Below are positions 13,270 to 26,020 of a stretch of DNA of 64,000 nucleotides, piece by piece. Where the stretch lies: positions 4,900,001-4,964,000 of the forward strand of contig NC_086101.1 in NCBI RefSeq assembly GCF_963921235.1. Direction: 5' to 3'. Under the pieces are notes generated by a model. The model saw only the letters and a program-made list of their open reading frames with translations, was not told the origin of the DNA and searched no databases. Origin of the DNA: Mobula hypostoma (lineage: Eukaryota). The position numbers and the translations under genes are program-made. Each line of letters opens with the position of its first letter. Positions within the stretch are counted from its first letter, which is position 1.

Positions 13270-13730
13270 GTCGGGCAGCAGTCTGGACGAGAGAGCATGA
13301 CTTGTGAGGGTAGGTTGAACAAACTGGGGCTTTTCTCTTTGGAGAGAAGGAGGATGAGAGGTGACTTGATCGGGTGCCCAAGATGATAAGAGATACAGAT
13401 GGAATGAACAGTCAGAAGACTTTTTCCCCAGAGCTGAAATGGCTAATATAAGAGGGCATAATTTTAAAGTGATTGGAGGAAATTATAGGGGGGCTGTCAG
13501 GGGTTTCTTTTTTACACAGAGAGTGGTGAGTGCATGAAACGAGCTGCTAAGGTTGGTAGTAGAGGCAGATACATTAAGGGCATTTAAGAGACTCCAAGAT
13601 AAACACGTGGATGACAGAAAAATGGAGGGTTATGTGGGAGGGAAGGGTTAAATTGATCTCAGAGTTGGTTAAAAGGTTGGCACAGCATTGTGGGCTGAAG
13701 GGCCTGTGCTGGGCGAAGTTCTATGTTCTT
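13270..13730 (+). mobile_element. CR1 3' fragment
   Basis: RLNKLGLFSLERRRMRGDLI plus 3' UTR. Confidence 0.75.
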
Positions 13731-13804
13731 TGATGATGTACCTGCGTTTTGAAAGTGTGCATTCAGTGTCTGATGGTATGGTACGTGTGCCCCCCCCCCT
13801 CCAG

Positions 13805-14067
13805 AGAGCCTGTACAACACGACGCAGGGTTACGAGGTGATGATGCAGATCGACTGTGAGGTGATGGACACCAAGATCATCCAGATTAAGAGCTCCTCTG
13901 TGCCGCCCTCCCTCCGCCAGCCCCAGGACAACAGGACCAGCTCCTTCCACTCCCACAGCGGAGCCGGCAGGCCACCCAACCCAGGCGGGCTTCAGCCGCG
14001 TCCGCAGACGGTCACCGCGCCCAGCAGCAAGGACCCCCTCTTCCTTTCCACAGAAGGCGAAGTGTAG
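13805..14067 (+). CDS. ATF6B: ATF6-family terminal coding exon, (E)[37 protein letters not shown]...[11 protein letters not shown]
   Basis: [13 protein letters not shown] motif of the ATF6 C-terminus. Poly-C tract plus ccag acceptor; TAG at 14065-14067. Family assignment is secure; the A versus B paralog call is less so. Confidence 0.9.
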
Positions 14068-14867
14068 CGGTGGAAGCCTCTGACTCTCCTTGAAACAAAC
14101 TTATTCGGGGTGGTGGGGGTGGGGGCCTGAGGTTTTCTCTTCGTTGTTTTCTCCGCACCTTCTTCCCTTACAGCCCCCGGCAACTCTGCTTTCCGCCGCC
14201 TTTTACGGGCAATAGTGGGTGCTGGGTGGATAGGATTGTGTTTGGAGGCTACAAAGGGAAAGGCCTCCCAGCACCTTCTGGTGTTGGGGCCTCACGCTTC
14301 TGAACTGTGGCCAGCAGTGCCGCCTTGCCACCCGGAAGGCTGGTCCTTGTATGAACCCTGGGGGGGGGGGGGTTGAGGTGGGGTGGGGCAGGACGACAAA
14401 CATTCCATCGACTTTGCACTAATTTCAGCTAATTCCATCGGCATTTGACTGTGAAGAAGTTCTGCTTGGAGAGAAGCAATTTCAGGGAGAGAAAGCCCAG
14501 CACTGTTTTATTGGACGTGAGGGAATTGACAGCTGGGGAAAGTTGTCATCCTGCCCCATCACATGTATTCAGTTCTGTGCACTGTACAGCGGTTGTGACC
14601 ACGTTGGTGTGGTCATCTGGAGCGTACGTTGTATTCACAGGGTTGGGTTTCGGTTCACAGGGTTACAGAGTGGAACAGAAATACCAGTGCAGTCCCAGCA
14701 CCCACACGCTTTGTAGAATTCCAAAGTACTGCGAAGGTGACGGCTGGAATCGTCACTTCTACACTTGCAAAGATTCCAAGTTATGACACGGGCCCAGCTG
14801 ATCCGGCACAGGAGAACTGGACAGGTTTACTGAGCTGATCTGCACAGCAGGAAGTCTGGTCAAATTA

Positions 14868-15656
14868 CAGTGGATTCCAATTCATTGGGACACATCAGGA
14901 CCAAGTACATTTTGTCCCATTAAGCAGCTGCCCCTATTAACTGATGTTTCATGGAAATAGTTAAAAAGACGAACTACAGTTTATCTGAGTAACAAATTGT
15001 GTATTTAAATGAAATACAGAACAAATCAGAACACTATCAATAGCACTACAGTACTTAAAAAAAACTGTATTAGTTCCTAATAGTTATCGACAGAGGAATT
15101 CATCCAGTGTACACAGCCGTGTTCTTTTTATTAAGTGTAAATGTACAAAATCAGCACAGACACCTGGTTCAGATAATGGGCTGCCTTCATATAATGCTTT
15201 CGATCAATGCATCCTCCAAATCTTCATTTTCATTGTTGATGCCTTCAAATTCTTCATAGTTCCTAACTTGTTGAAGTAGTGAAATTGTTTCATTTTCATG
15301 CCATGACTTTTCTGGCATCTCCAAGCCTGAAAGCTTGAAACCACAGTGAGCAAGACTGTTCAGTGACAGTCTCCTGCCCCCGTTTAGTGGCCTGGTGTCC
15401 CAAATAATTTGTCAGAGCGTGAAAGGTTATGGAGAGAAGGCAAGAGATTGGGGTTGAGAGAGAAATGGTTTAGCGGTGATGAAATGGCAGAGCAGACTCG
15501 ATGGGCTGAATGGCCTAATTCTGCTCCTATGTCTTATGGTCAAATAAACGTGGGGAAAAGCGGGCTATTTTCTTGATTAGTTTTTGTTCTTTAAGAGTTG
15601 TCCCAAATAATTGGCTGCCCTGATTAACAAATGGCCCAATTAACTGGAATCCACTG
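14868..15656. mobile_element. pogo/Tigger-like non-autonomous DNA transposon with a nested CR1 3' end (~15410-15540)
   Basis: TA|CAGTGGATTCCAATTCATTGGG ... CCCAATTAACTGGAATCCACTG|TA: terminal inverted repeats with TA TSD. Confidence 0.8.
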
Positions 15657-16729
15657 TATTCAATTTCATTAAATATATCCTGTCCAGGCACAGTCAACAA
15701 GTTCATATTGGTCCCAGTTTAATTGTCTTGAAATACTTACTCACTTTAGAGGAGTTGTTCATAAAAACCTATTGAAGTGTGTTTGCAGTTTTGTGACTAT
15801 GGAGCAGAGGATAGAGGTTTCACTGTCGACATGCTCGACTTTTATCATGTAGACCTGCTCATTGGGGGGTGTGTGTGTGCGTGCGTGCATTATCTTTTGT
15901 ACAGCTCATGTTGTATTTTAATATTATGTTTTTGTCTTTTAATTTCGAATCAAGAGTTCCTGACTGCAGTGCTAAGTTTGGGGCAAAGCCTTCTCTACAA
16001 TAAGGTCACTAGGCTGAAAATTGGACCTGTTCCATAGGGCTATTGTCAAAATTGCTGGCACAGCCCAGCTCTAAAAGACAAAGAAGGGAGAAAGACGAGC
16101 AGCTGTGTCCTTCCAAAGTGTAGAATCGCTGCCAAGTTGCAATTTCACTCGAGTTGTCAGTGAGCAGGGTGAATGTGTAACAAAAACGCCAACTTGTTAA
16201 TCAGCCTTGCTGTCTCTCTGTATATATGCTGAAATTTGTGATTTTTTAAAATTGTGTAATTTATTATTTAACCATGTGTCTTTGTGCAGTGTTCAGGCTT
16301 GGTTTTGCAGAGTTGAAGGACAGTCTGACCTAGAGATGTGCCAAGTCCCTCTGCCCACGTTTAGCCCTTCCACTTCAAGTTCAGGTTTATCGTCATCTGA
16401 CTCTACGGACGATATATACAACCAAATGGAACGATGTTACTGTTCAGTAGTGTTTTGTAGTCATAGAAAAGACCAACAGGACAAGAAATTGGTTGGAGCC
16501 AGAGTGGCTGCTGGGTCCATGTGGGTTACCATCTTGTCCTCAGTAGGAATCTCCCCTGCCCTCACCATCTGTACTGCGCATAACCTTTCTTACCCCCCCC
16601 CTTCCCACAGACCACAGCCACCTCCTCCCCACCACACCCCTCCCTCTTAGATTCCTCTTGGCTGGCAGCAGACAGAAGTCATTTACCACCTGAGCCCATT
16701 CACTCATCCAGCTACGTTACATCTGGAGT

Positions 16730-16933
16730 AACAAGGAGCTGGAGGAACTCTATGGAGATGAGTAAACAGTCGACGTTTCATGCCGAGATCCGTCATCAGG
16801 ATTGGATCGGACTGGCTTCTGCCACCTTCCTTTCCAGTCCTGATGAACGGAGGGTCTGAGCCCGAAACATCGACCGTTTATTCCTCTCCATAGATGCTGC
16901 CTGACCTGCCGAGTTCCTCCAACATTTTGTGTC
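16730..16933. mobile_element. Short inverted pair of Penelope-derived terminal units, each with a hammerhead-like core
   Basis: Minus strand: CTGATGA cggatctcggcat GAAA cgTC (16767-16805). Plus strand: CTGATGA acggagggtctgagccc GAAA caTC (16835-16876). Confidence 0.7.
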
Positions 16934-17279
16934 TTTATCTAATTTCTGTAACCAAGACAATCTTGTTTTTCTTTTAAGTATTCAGTGCTATTTGGAGTTT
17001 AATCTACAGAAAGTCCAACGCTTGTCCTACCTGGGTGACTGGAGATGTTGGGGCCTGTTCTCCTTTGAATGAGCGAAATAGAGGATTGGGACACTCCAAA
17101 TAAGGGGTACTACTGAGGAGAGGCCCTTCTTAACTCAGGCAATAAATCTTTAGCATTCTCTCTACCCCAGAGAGGCAACGTCTAACACTGATGTTAATAG
17201 GTAGCTGAACTCAGAGTTGAAAGATTGGGGTATCTAGCAGGAAGTGGAGGCACAGCATCAGTTGTAACCTCATTACTAA

Positions 17280-18200
17280 TACCACAAGACGTAGGAACAA
17301 ATTAGGCCATTCAGCCCATTGAGTCTGCTCTACCACTCCATCATGGCTGATATATTATCTCTGTCAACTCCATTCTCCCGCCTTCTCCCAGTACCTGACT
17401 ACGAACCTATCCACCTCTGCTTTAAATATACCCAGCAACTTGGCCTCCACAGCTGTCTACAGCAATGAATTCCACAACCCTATGGCAAAAGAAATTCCTC
17501 CTCATCTCTGTTCTAAATGGACACCCCTCTGTTCTGAGGCTGTGCCCTGTGCTCCACATCCACTCTATCGAGGCCATAGAAACCATAGAAACTACAGCAC
17601 AGAAACAGGCCTTTTGGCTCTTGGCTGTGCCGAACCATTTTCTGCCTAGTCCCACTGACCTGCACATGGACCATATCCCTCCATACACCTCCCATCTATG
17701 TATCTGTCCAATTTATTCTTAAATGTTAAAAAAGAACCTGCATTTACCACCTTGTCTGGCAGCTCATTCCATACTCCCACCACTCTCTGTGTGAAGAAGC
17801 CCCCACTAATGTTCCTTTTAAACTATTCCCCCCTCACCCTTAACCCAAGTCCTCTGGTTTTTTTCTCCCCTTGCCTCAGTGGAAAAAGCCTGCTTGCATT
17901 CACTCTATCTATACCCATCATAATTTTATATACCTCTATCAAATCTCCCCTCATTCTTCTACGCTCCAGGGAATAGAGTCCTAATTATTCTGTAACTGAG
18001 TTTCTCAAGTCCCGGCAACATCCTTGTAAACTTTCTCTGCACTCTTTCAACCTTATTTATATCTTTCCTGTAATTTGGTGACCAAAACTGAACACAATAC
18101 TCCAGATTCGGCCTCACCAATGCCTTATATAACCTTATCATAACATTCCAGCTCTTATACTCAATACTTTGATTAATAAAGGCCAATGTACCAAAAGGCC
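17280..18200 (-). mobile_element. Two adjacent or nested CR1 3' fragments
   Basis: LYKALVRPNLEYCVQFWSP..RKDI and two separate CR1 3' tails. Confidence 0.8.
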
Positions 18201-20028
18201 GTTCAGTATTTACATGGCAGAGCAGGCTCGGGGGGCCAAATGACCACTGCCTGCCCCTTGGGTTTTCCAGGTCCCAGGGCCGTGTCATGGTGTGGTGATC
18301 CTTCTCCCTGTCTTCAGTAGGTAGCTCGGTGAGAAGAAAACAGAGGCCCCTCAGTGTAACAACCGAGGGAGGTGGATCAAAGTCCATCACGGTGCCTTTC
18401 GGACTGTTTGTAGTAGTAGTAGTCATACTTTATTGATCCCGGGGAATGACCCACCCTGTGAAAGTCTAACCAAACTCTGCTGAGCAATGTCGGGGCTCTC
18501 TCTGATGACTGGATGTTCGAGTAGGAATGACCACAGATCTCCACAATCACATCCACCCTTTCTCTGACATGAGTCTAATCCAGGCTTGTTCCTGACATGT
18601 CTGTTGCTGAATGAAAGAGCAGAGTAAATGACTCAACTGTAGCCCTTGAGCTAACTTTGAAGAAATGCTATCAATGCACTTAAAACATAGAACATTACAG
18701 GCCCTTCAGCCCGCAATATTCTGCTGTTCTTTTTCCCCCTGGCATGGCCCTCCATTTCTCTATCATCCATGTGCCTTTCTAAGAATCTCTGAAATGTCCC
18801 GAATGTATCTGTACCACCACCCCAGCAGGCTGTTCCATGTAAAGAACGCACCCCTGACATCCCCTCCCCGCCCAGTACTTTCCTCCAGTCACCTGAAAAT
18901 CATACCCCCCCCCCGGGCATATTAGCCATTTCTGCCCTGGGAAAGTTGTAGTTTTCCTTGTCCCCTACCCTCCACAATCCGCGTGTTGGGGAGTACTTAT
19001 TGGACCTTTTGAAAGCAGAGCTTGATAGCTTCTTGATTAGTCAGGGCCTCAAAGGTTACAGGGAGAAGGCCAAAGAATGGGGTTGAGAGGAATAATAAAT
19101 CAGCCACGGTGAAATAGCAGAGCAGGCTCGATGGACTGAATGGCCTATTTCTGCTCCTATATCTTAGTCTTGTAGTCTTAGCTTGACATCCCCTGTGAAA
19201 GATTGTGTTTCCTTCTTTTCCCACTCCACCAGTTAACTCCTTCGATCATCTTTGTCACCTGAGTCCTTCCCCATTGGAAGGGATGACAGGCCTGGAATGA
19301 ATGAATGTTTCTTCCACACCTTGCGGCGCATCAGGTGGGAACCTTGCCGTTCTGTTTAGCATTTGCCCATTGCTAGTTCGACGCTCAGCCCTCAGCCCAG
19401 CGCGGATGGAGAGCTTGCGAGTGCCACTGACTGCCGGCCATCCACACATGGAGTGAGAGGAGAGTAAATACCCAGTCCAGTCATAAACACAGATTCTACA
19501 GATGCTGGAAATCCAGACTGACACATGCAAAATGCTGGAGGAATACGCAGTCGACGTGTGACCTTGTATCAGGACTCCACAGATGCTACTTGGCCTGCTG
19601 AGTTCCTCCGGCATTTAGCGTGTGTTCCCCCAGTCTCAGTCGCTGATTCATTGCTGTTTACACAGTGGGCATAGAAGTGTAGATCTGGCCAGCTGAAATG
19701 AGGGGAGTCCAAAGAATGAGACTGTGAGTCCTGTTCCTTACTCAGGCCGACCCCGAACAGAGGGCGGTCCTGATGTTTGTTGCTGAAGTGTGACGAGTTC
19801 CCCTGCGACAGCAGTAAGGTGGTCGGTGCTCTTCATACCAGCGGGGTCGGTTGCGACTGAACTTTACAAAGGAGAAGGGTGGTGGATGCGGTTGCATTGG
19901 GGGTAAGTGTGTCGGTGAGGGAGAGGTAGCCATGACCAGCTGTTCCTGACTGACTCTATGCAACGATCTGTTATGTTGGGATTTGTTTTTTTTAAATCTG
20001 CATTAATTGTGTTTATTGTATTGTTTGT

Positions 20029-20034
20029 AATAAA
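20029..20034 (+). promoter_or_regulatory. Candidate polyadenylation signal of the ATF6-family gene
   Basis: AATAAA preceded by U-rich and TGTA elements and followed by GT-rich sequence, in non-repetitive DNA. Other AATAAA hexamers occur at 15543 and 17141. Confidence 0.4.
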
Positions 20035-21124
20035 AGTGTTGGACAGATCTGTCTGGCTTCTCGATCCTCGTTGTGCCTGGTTGGTGGAGAACACAGTGTC
20101 ACCCGGTGAGACTGCGTGTACCGGTGTGGGGAGAGGGTGGGATTTCCCCGTCGTCTCAGGGGGAGAAGAGCGGAGTGTCGGGAGTGGTTCACTGGTTCTC
20201 AGGCGATGTGGGGAGAAGCTTTCCCATTACAGAGTGCTCTACATGTGTACAGGGGCAGGGGGCACAGAGCATAAAAGTAGAGAAACGCCCTTCTGCCCCT
20301 CGCTGAGCTGTTGTTCTGCACCCGGACCCTAGCCCTCCACCCTCGCAACTTCTCTTAAATGTTGCAATCACCACCCCACAGCAGCTGCTTGTTCCACATT
20401 CGCACTAGCCGATGAGTCAAGCAGTTCCCCTTAAAGATTTCATGCTTAACCCATAACCTACTCAGTGGAAAACGCCTGCTTGCATTTACTCTGTCAATAC
20501 CCCCATCAATTCTCCCGTGCTCCAGGGAATAAAGTTCCAAGCCATTGTACCCCACTGCTTAGTGTGCTAACCCTCCTGGCTCGGCATATGAAAAGGGTTG
20601 ATGAGAGCTCTCCTGCATTGCAATGACGATTATAAGACTTCCTTGCTGCCCCTGTGCAACGTGATCCCTTGTTTAAATTTAGTTCACTCAGATTTTGTGC
20701 TTTATAGGGCTAAACCCCAGCTTCGACAGCTGGGGTAACAGGCCCTTCTGGTCCATTGCCACCCATTACCACCTGTATGACTTTTGAATGTCACAGGAGG
20801 AATGTACATGCTCCTTCCAGACAGCGTCGGAATTGAACCTGGGTCGCTGTTATGCTATCTGACACTACGTGTGATCCGTGACCTGTGCGCTTCTGAAGCC
20901 TCTCATTCCTGCCGGCGCACCGGGCCTCCTGCCAGATTCTCCCACAATATTCCTTCTCTTTTAGGAGAGGTGTTATGAACACACACCCATGGTTTCAATC
21001 ACTGTGTACAAACTGCACGGGGTAGATGTCCGGCTGTGTTTACACTCCAGTACGTCGGCTGCTAAATCAGGACAGGATGATAGAACACCACCTGGCCCAC
21101 AGTGTCTGCACAACGAAGGGGTGG

Positions 21125-21400
21125 GTTGTCCACACAGTAGTTAATGCAACTGCATTACAGTGCCGACAATCATCAGTCAGGGTTTGATTCCTGCTACTGA
21201 CTGCGAGGAGTTTATACGTTCTCCCTGTGACCATGTGGGTTTTCTCCAGGTGCTCTGGTTTCCTCCCACATTCTACAGGTCAAGGTTGGGGTTAGTGAGG
21301 TATGAGCGTGCTATGTTAACACTGGAAAGGTGGTAACATTTGTGGGCCGCCCCCAGCACATCCTTGGACTGTGTCCGCTGTCAACACTAAACCACACGTA
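21125..21400 (+). mobile_element. HE1/V-SINE-like tRNA-derived SINE; further copies near 22550-22800 (-), 23661-23900 (-), 24200-24420 (+) and 29230-29545 (+)
   Basis: V-domain-like GGGTTTTCTCCAGGTGCTCTGGTTTCCTCCCACA following a degenerate B-box. Confidence 0.65.
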
Positions 21401-21889
21401 TCACCCATGAAAAAATCTTTAATTGTTCACTTCCTCTTATCTTAGCTCCCTCTAGTCATTGTTTTCCCGTCAGAGTTTATTCTACTTTCCTCTCAGTCAC
21501 CATTTTGTTGACTGTGACACTTTCACATTGACACCACTCCCTCTGCTGTTATGAATGACCTTCTCTCTTCCTCTGTGGTTTTAAGCACTGATGTTAAACA
21601 ATTCTGTCCGTCACTCATCCCTGCAACACCTGATGGATCTCCTCTGCACCTTTACCATCGTTTGTAGGGCAGGACGTGGAATTGGCTCAATGTGGTGCGG
21701 CAGAAGGGAATTGAAGGGCTATAGGGAGGAAAGGTTTAAACTGATCTTGGAGGAGGTTAAAACATCGTGTGCCAAAGTGCCGTACTGCGCTGTACTATGT
21801 TCGATAGAAACCGATATTATTCCTGCACTTTGAACTTGCTGGCTCTGGAGAGGTGCAAAGGCCAGTGAAGAGATACCAATTAGAATAGA

Positions 21890-22365
21890 CATTCTAACTT
21901 CCCCATTCCGACATGTCAGTCTGTGGCCTTCCCTACTGCTGAGAGGAAGTCACTCTGGAGGAGATGCACATATTCCATCTGAGTAGCCTCCAGCTGGGTG
22001 GCATCAATTTCTCCAGCTTTCAATAATTTATCCCCTCTCCCTTCTCTGTTCGATTCTACCCTCCTTGCATCTTCTCACCTACCTATCACCTCTCCCTGGT
22101 TCCCTCCACCTTCCCTTTCTCCCAAGGTCCACTCTCCTCTCCTATCAGATTCCTTCTTCCGCCCTTTACCTCTTCCCCCATTCTTACTCCATCCTCCCAG
22201 CTGGCTTCCAGCTTGTACTCTTACCTCTCCTCCATGTTCTTATTCTAGCACTTTCCCCCTCCCTTTCCAGTCCTGAAGAAGGGTCTTGATCTGAAACATT
22301 GACTGTTTTTTCATTTCCGTACATACTGCCTGACCTGCTGAGTTCCCCCAGCACTTTGGATGCGT
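21890..22365 (+). mobile_element. Penelope-like 3' terminal fragment with degenerate hammerhead core at ~22268-22305
   Basis: Pyrimidine-rich tract followed by CAGTC CTGAAGA agggtcttgatct GAAA caTT GACTG. Confidence 0.65.
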
Positions 22366-22841
22366 TAGCTTCAAAACCAGCGTGGTTTAGGTTCAACACT
22401 GGGTGAAATCTGTGCAGAGAAATGTCCTGCACCTGAAAGTCTTAAATCTGTTCCTTTCTGCAAAATGTTGCCCAAGCTCACTCATTCAGCCCATCACTGA
22501 TGCTCCACCATTCGAATGTGGCTGATTTAAAGATGAGCTTTGTTGGTCATGTACATTGAAATATACAGGGAAATGTGTTGTTTGTGTCAACGACCAGACT
22601 GAGCTGGGGCAGCACAGAAATGTCACCACGCGAAAGAGCATGCCCAGAACTTACCAACCTGTACGTCCTTTGGAATATGGGAGGAAACCAGAGCACCCGG
22701 AGGAAACCTCAGCAGAGAATGTATAAACTCCTTACTGACAGCGGTGAAAATTGAACCTGCGTCGCTGGCAATGTAATCGCGTCACGCTAACATGTGCCAG
22801 CCACATATATCGAAACATTAAAACCGGCAGTGAAATATATC

Positions 22842-23660
22842 AAGCAACACACATCAAAGTTGCTGGTGAACACAGCAGGCCGGGCAGCATCTCTAGGAAG
22901 AAGTACAGTCGACGTTTCAGGCCGAGACCCTTCGTCAGGACTAACTGAAGGAAGAGCTAGTAAGAGATTTGAAAGTGGGAGGGGGAGGGGGAGATCCAAA
23001 ATGATGGGAGAAGACAGGAGGGGGAGGGATGGAGCCGAGAGCTGGACGGGTGATTGGCAAAGGGGATATGAGAGGATCATGGGACAGGAGGCCCAGGGAG
23101 AAAGAAAAGGGGGAGGGGGTAAACCAGAGGATGGACAAAGGGTATAGTGAGAGGGACAAAGGCAGAAAAAGAATGTGTGTATATAAATAAATAACGGATG
23201 GGGAACAGGACGGGGGAGATGGGACATTAGCGGAAGTTTGAGAAGTCAATGTTCATGCCATCAGGTTGGAGGCTACACACGTTCTTTTTCTCTTCTCCTT
23301 TTTCTTCCTCTGTCCCTCTGACTATACCCCTTGCCCATCCTCTGTTCCCCCACCCTTTGTCTTTCCCCCTGGGCCTCCTGTCCCATGATCCTCTCATATC
23401 CCCTTTACCAATCACCTTTCCAGCTCTTGGTTCCATCCCTCCCCCTCCTGTCTTCTCCTATCATTTTTGGATCTCCCCCTCCCCGTCCCCCTCTCAAATC
23501 TCTTACTAACTCTTCTTTCAGTTAATCCTGACGAAGGGTCACGGCCCGAAACATCGACTGTACCTCTTCCTAGAGATGCTGCCTGGCCTGCTGCGTTCAC
23601 CAGCAACTTTGATGTGTGTGTTGCTTGAAATTCCAGCACCTGCAGATTTCCTCGTGTTTG
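22842..23660. mobile_element. Inverted Penelope-derived cassette with two hammerhead motifs and a 13-bp TSD
   Basis: Arms 22842-~23270 (-) and ~23275-23660 (+) are inverted copies. AGTGAAATATATC flanks both sides (22829-22841 and 23661-23673). Confidence 0.85.
22906..22943 (-). ncRNA. Minimal type I hammerhead ribozyme motif
   Basis: UAGUC CUGACGA AGG gucucgg CCU GAAA CG UC GACUG: intact core, stem I (UAGUC/GACUG), stem II (AGG/CCU), palindromic ACGU stem III and a GUC cleavage triplet. Confidence 0.75.
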
Positions 23661-24489
23661 AGTGAAATATATCGTTTGCATCCGTGCCCAACACAATGCA
23701 AGAGCGTGTTAAGGATGGCCAGAGTGTCACTACACTTCTGCTGCCAACATAGCGTGCCCCTAACTCTCTGACTCCGCCGGTACCTCTTTGGAATGCGGGA
23801 GGTGACCCACGTGGACGTGGGGAGAATGTACGAAGTCCTTACAGTCAGCAGGGGCAATAAAAGCCCAATGGGTGATTAGCAGCACCATAAAGCATTGTAC
23901 TAAGTGTGACACTAGTACTCAGCCCCTCTCAACCCCATTCTGCTGCCTTCTCCCCATAGCCATGACTAATTGAAACTGCTGTAAATATACCTCATGACTT
24001 GGTCTCCACTGTCATCTGTAGCAATGAATTCCACAGATTCACCACCCACTGGCTAAAGAAACTCTTCCCCTTCCCTGTTCTAAGCATTTTCCCAATGCCT
24101 ACTGCCTTTATTTCAGAATTCAGTACAGTAGTTTTGTTCTCAGCGATGGCAGATACAAGGAGGGGAAGGATGAGGCCGGGTCACTGGGGTCACCACGACA
24201 CTATTATTGCTCAGGGCATTCCAGAGTTTGGAGTTCAATTCCAGCGCCCTCTGTAAGGAGCCTCTATCTCTTCCACGTGGAATGCGTGAACTTCCCCCAG
24301 TTTCTTCCCACCATACCAGGTAAGTTAATTGGCCTTTGTAAGTTGTCCTGTGGTTAGTTTAGGGTTAATTGGGTTTGTTTGGGGGGGTGCTTGGAAGGCG
24401 TGGCTGGAGGGGGCCTTCTTCAGACAATGTTGAATGTCGCCACTCAGATGTCTCCGAGGTACAGAATCCTAAAGATACATTGCCCCTCA

Positions 24490-24718
24490 GTGAAGGAAAG
24501 GAATGTCAACTCAGACCATGAGAGGCCTGTGTCGGGCATTTTCATGCCTTACAAGGAGCAGATTGGAAGTCTGTGTGGGGTGCCACTCCTCACACAGACA
24601 ATGTGTGGTTAGGTGCCTTGCTCAAGGGCACAAACACGCTGCCACAGCTGAGGCTCGAACTAGCGACCTTGAGATAACTAGACGACTGCCTTAACCACTT
24701 GGCCACGTGCCCGACACG
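24490..24718 (-). mobile_element. tRNA-derived CORE-like SINE; other copies at 25655-25818 (+) and 43773-44093 (+)
   Basis: A-box TGGCCAAGTGG, B-box GTTCGAGCC and CORE-like CCTTGAGCAAGGCAC.TAACC. Confidence 0.75.
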
Positions 24719-25439
24719 TGAAGGAAGGTCTCACCTTATTCCGGGCTATACCACACATTCAGAGGCCCCGTCCCACCGGCACCGGATACAATTCTGTTTC
24801 GACTCTGTCCAAACCCCTTGTGATTGTAAACAACTCTACTTTCCACTCTCGAAGGAGAGCAGCCCCCAGCATCACCGGCCACTCTGGTGGGACAGACGTG
24901 GGCCTTCCCCTAGATTAAACTGCAGTGTAGCACCGACATTTAAAAGAGAAACAAGAATTCAGCAAAAAAGCACAAAGTAATCTTTCTTTCCCCTGCACAG
25001 AAAGAGTACATGATTTTGTTGGCTACAGAACTGAGATAAAGACTGAATGTAACACACACAAATTGCTGGTGGAACTCAGCAGGTCAAGCAGCATCTATGG
25101 AGAGGAATAAACAGTCAAGGCCTTGACCCTTGTCATGCCATTTGCTCTCCATAATGGGCAGAACCGCCTTGCTGGCCATTGGATATCACTGCTGATCTCA
25201 TACAATGTTTGCTGGGGGGGTGGAGGGATATAAACATATTAAATAGTATCTCGAGCCATCCCTGAGATAGGATTCTACATTGTAGGACAGGTGGTGACCA
25301 CTCTATCTTGGTTCCGTGTAGTCAGTCTCATTGCTCGGCTCTTTACCCATAGCACTCGGCAGTTATTTCCCCCTTCAGCTCCCCGGTGAACCCCCCACAA
25401 TTCTCCAAAGCACTTGTCTGCAGTTGATCCATAAGCACA

Positions 25440-26020
25440 GAGGCTGGAAATCCAGAACAACACACACAAAAAGCTGGAGGAACTCAGCAGGCCAGGCAGC
25501 ATCTATGGAGGAGAATAAACAGTCGCTGCTTCTGGCCAAGATTCTTCATCAGGACTGGAAAGGAAGGGGGAAGAAGATGAGGGGATGAGGGGAAGGAAGA
25601 CAATCTGGCAGGTGATAGAGACCAGGTGAGGGGAGATGAAGTACGGTGACAGGTGTTGGCGCGTGGCCAAGTGGTTAGGGCATCGGTCTAGTGATCTGAA
25701 GGTCGCAAGTTCGAGCCTCAGCTGAGGCAGCGTGTTGTGTCCTTGAGCAAGGCACTTAACCACACATCGCTCCTGCACGTTTATAGCCCGGCGGCGGCAG
25801 TTGGTGCAGTGTGGGCAAGACAGGTAAAGGGCTGAAGGAGGAATCTGATGGGAGAGGAGAGTGGCCATGGGAGAAAGGGAAGGATGAGGGGCACCTGGGA
25901 GAAGTGATAGGCAGGTGTAGGGAAGAAAAGGGCTGAGAGGGGAACCAGAATAGGGAATGGAGAAAGAATGGAAAAGGAACGGGAGCAAGGCAGAAAACCC
26001 TGGAGGAACTGAAATATTGA
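25440..26020 (-). mobile_element. Penelope-like 3' terminal fragment with a nested SINE
   Basis: Same terminal unit (ATGCTGCCTGGCCTGCTGAGTTCCTCCAGC on the - strand) with a degenerate CTGATGA core at ~25518-25557. Confidence 0.65.
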
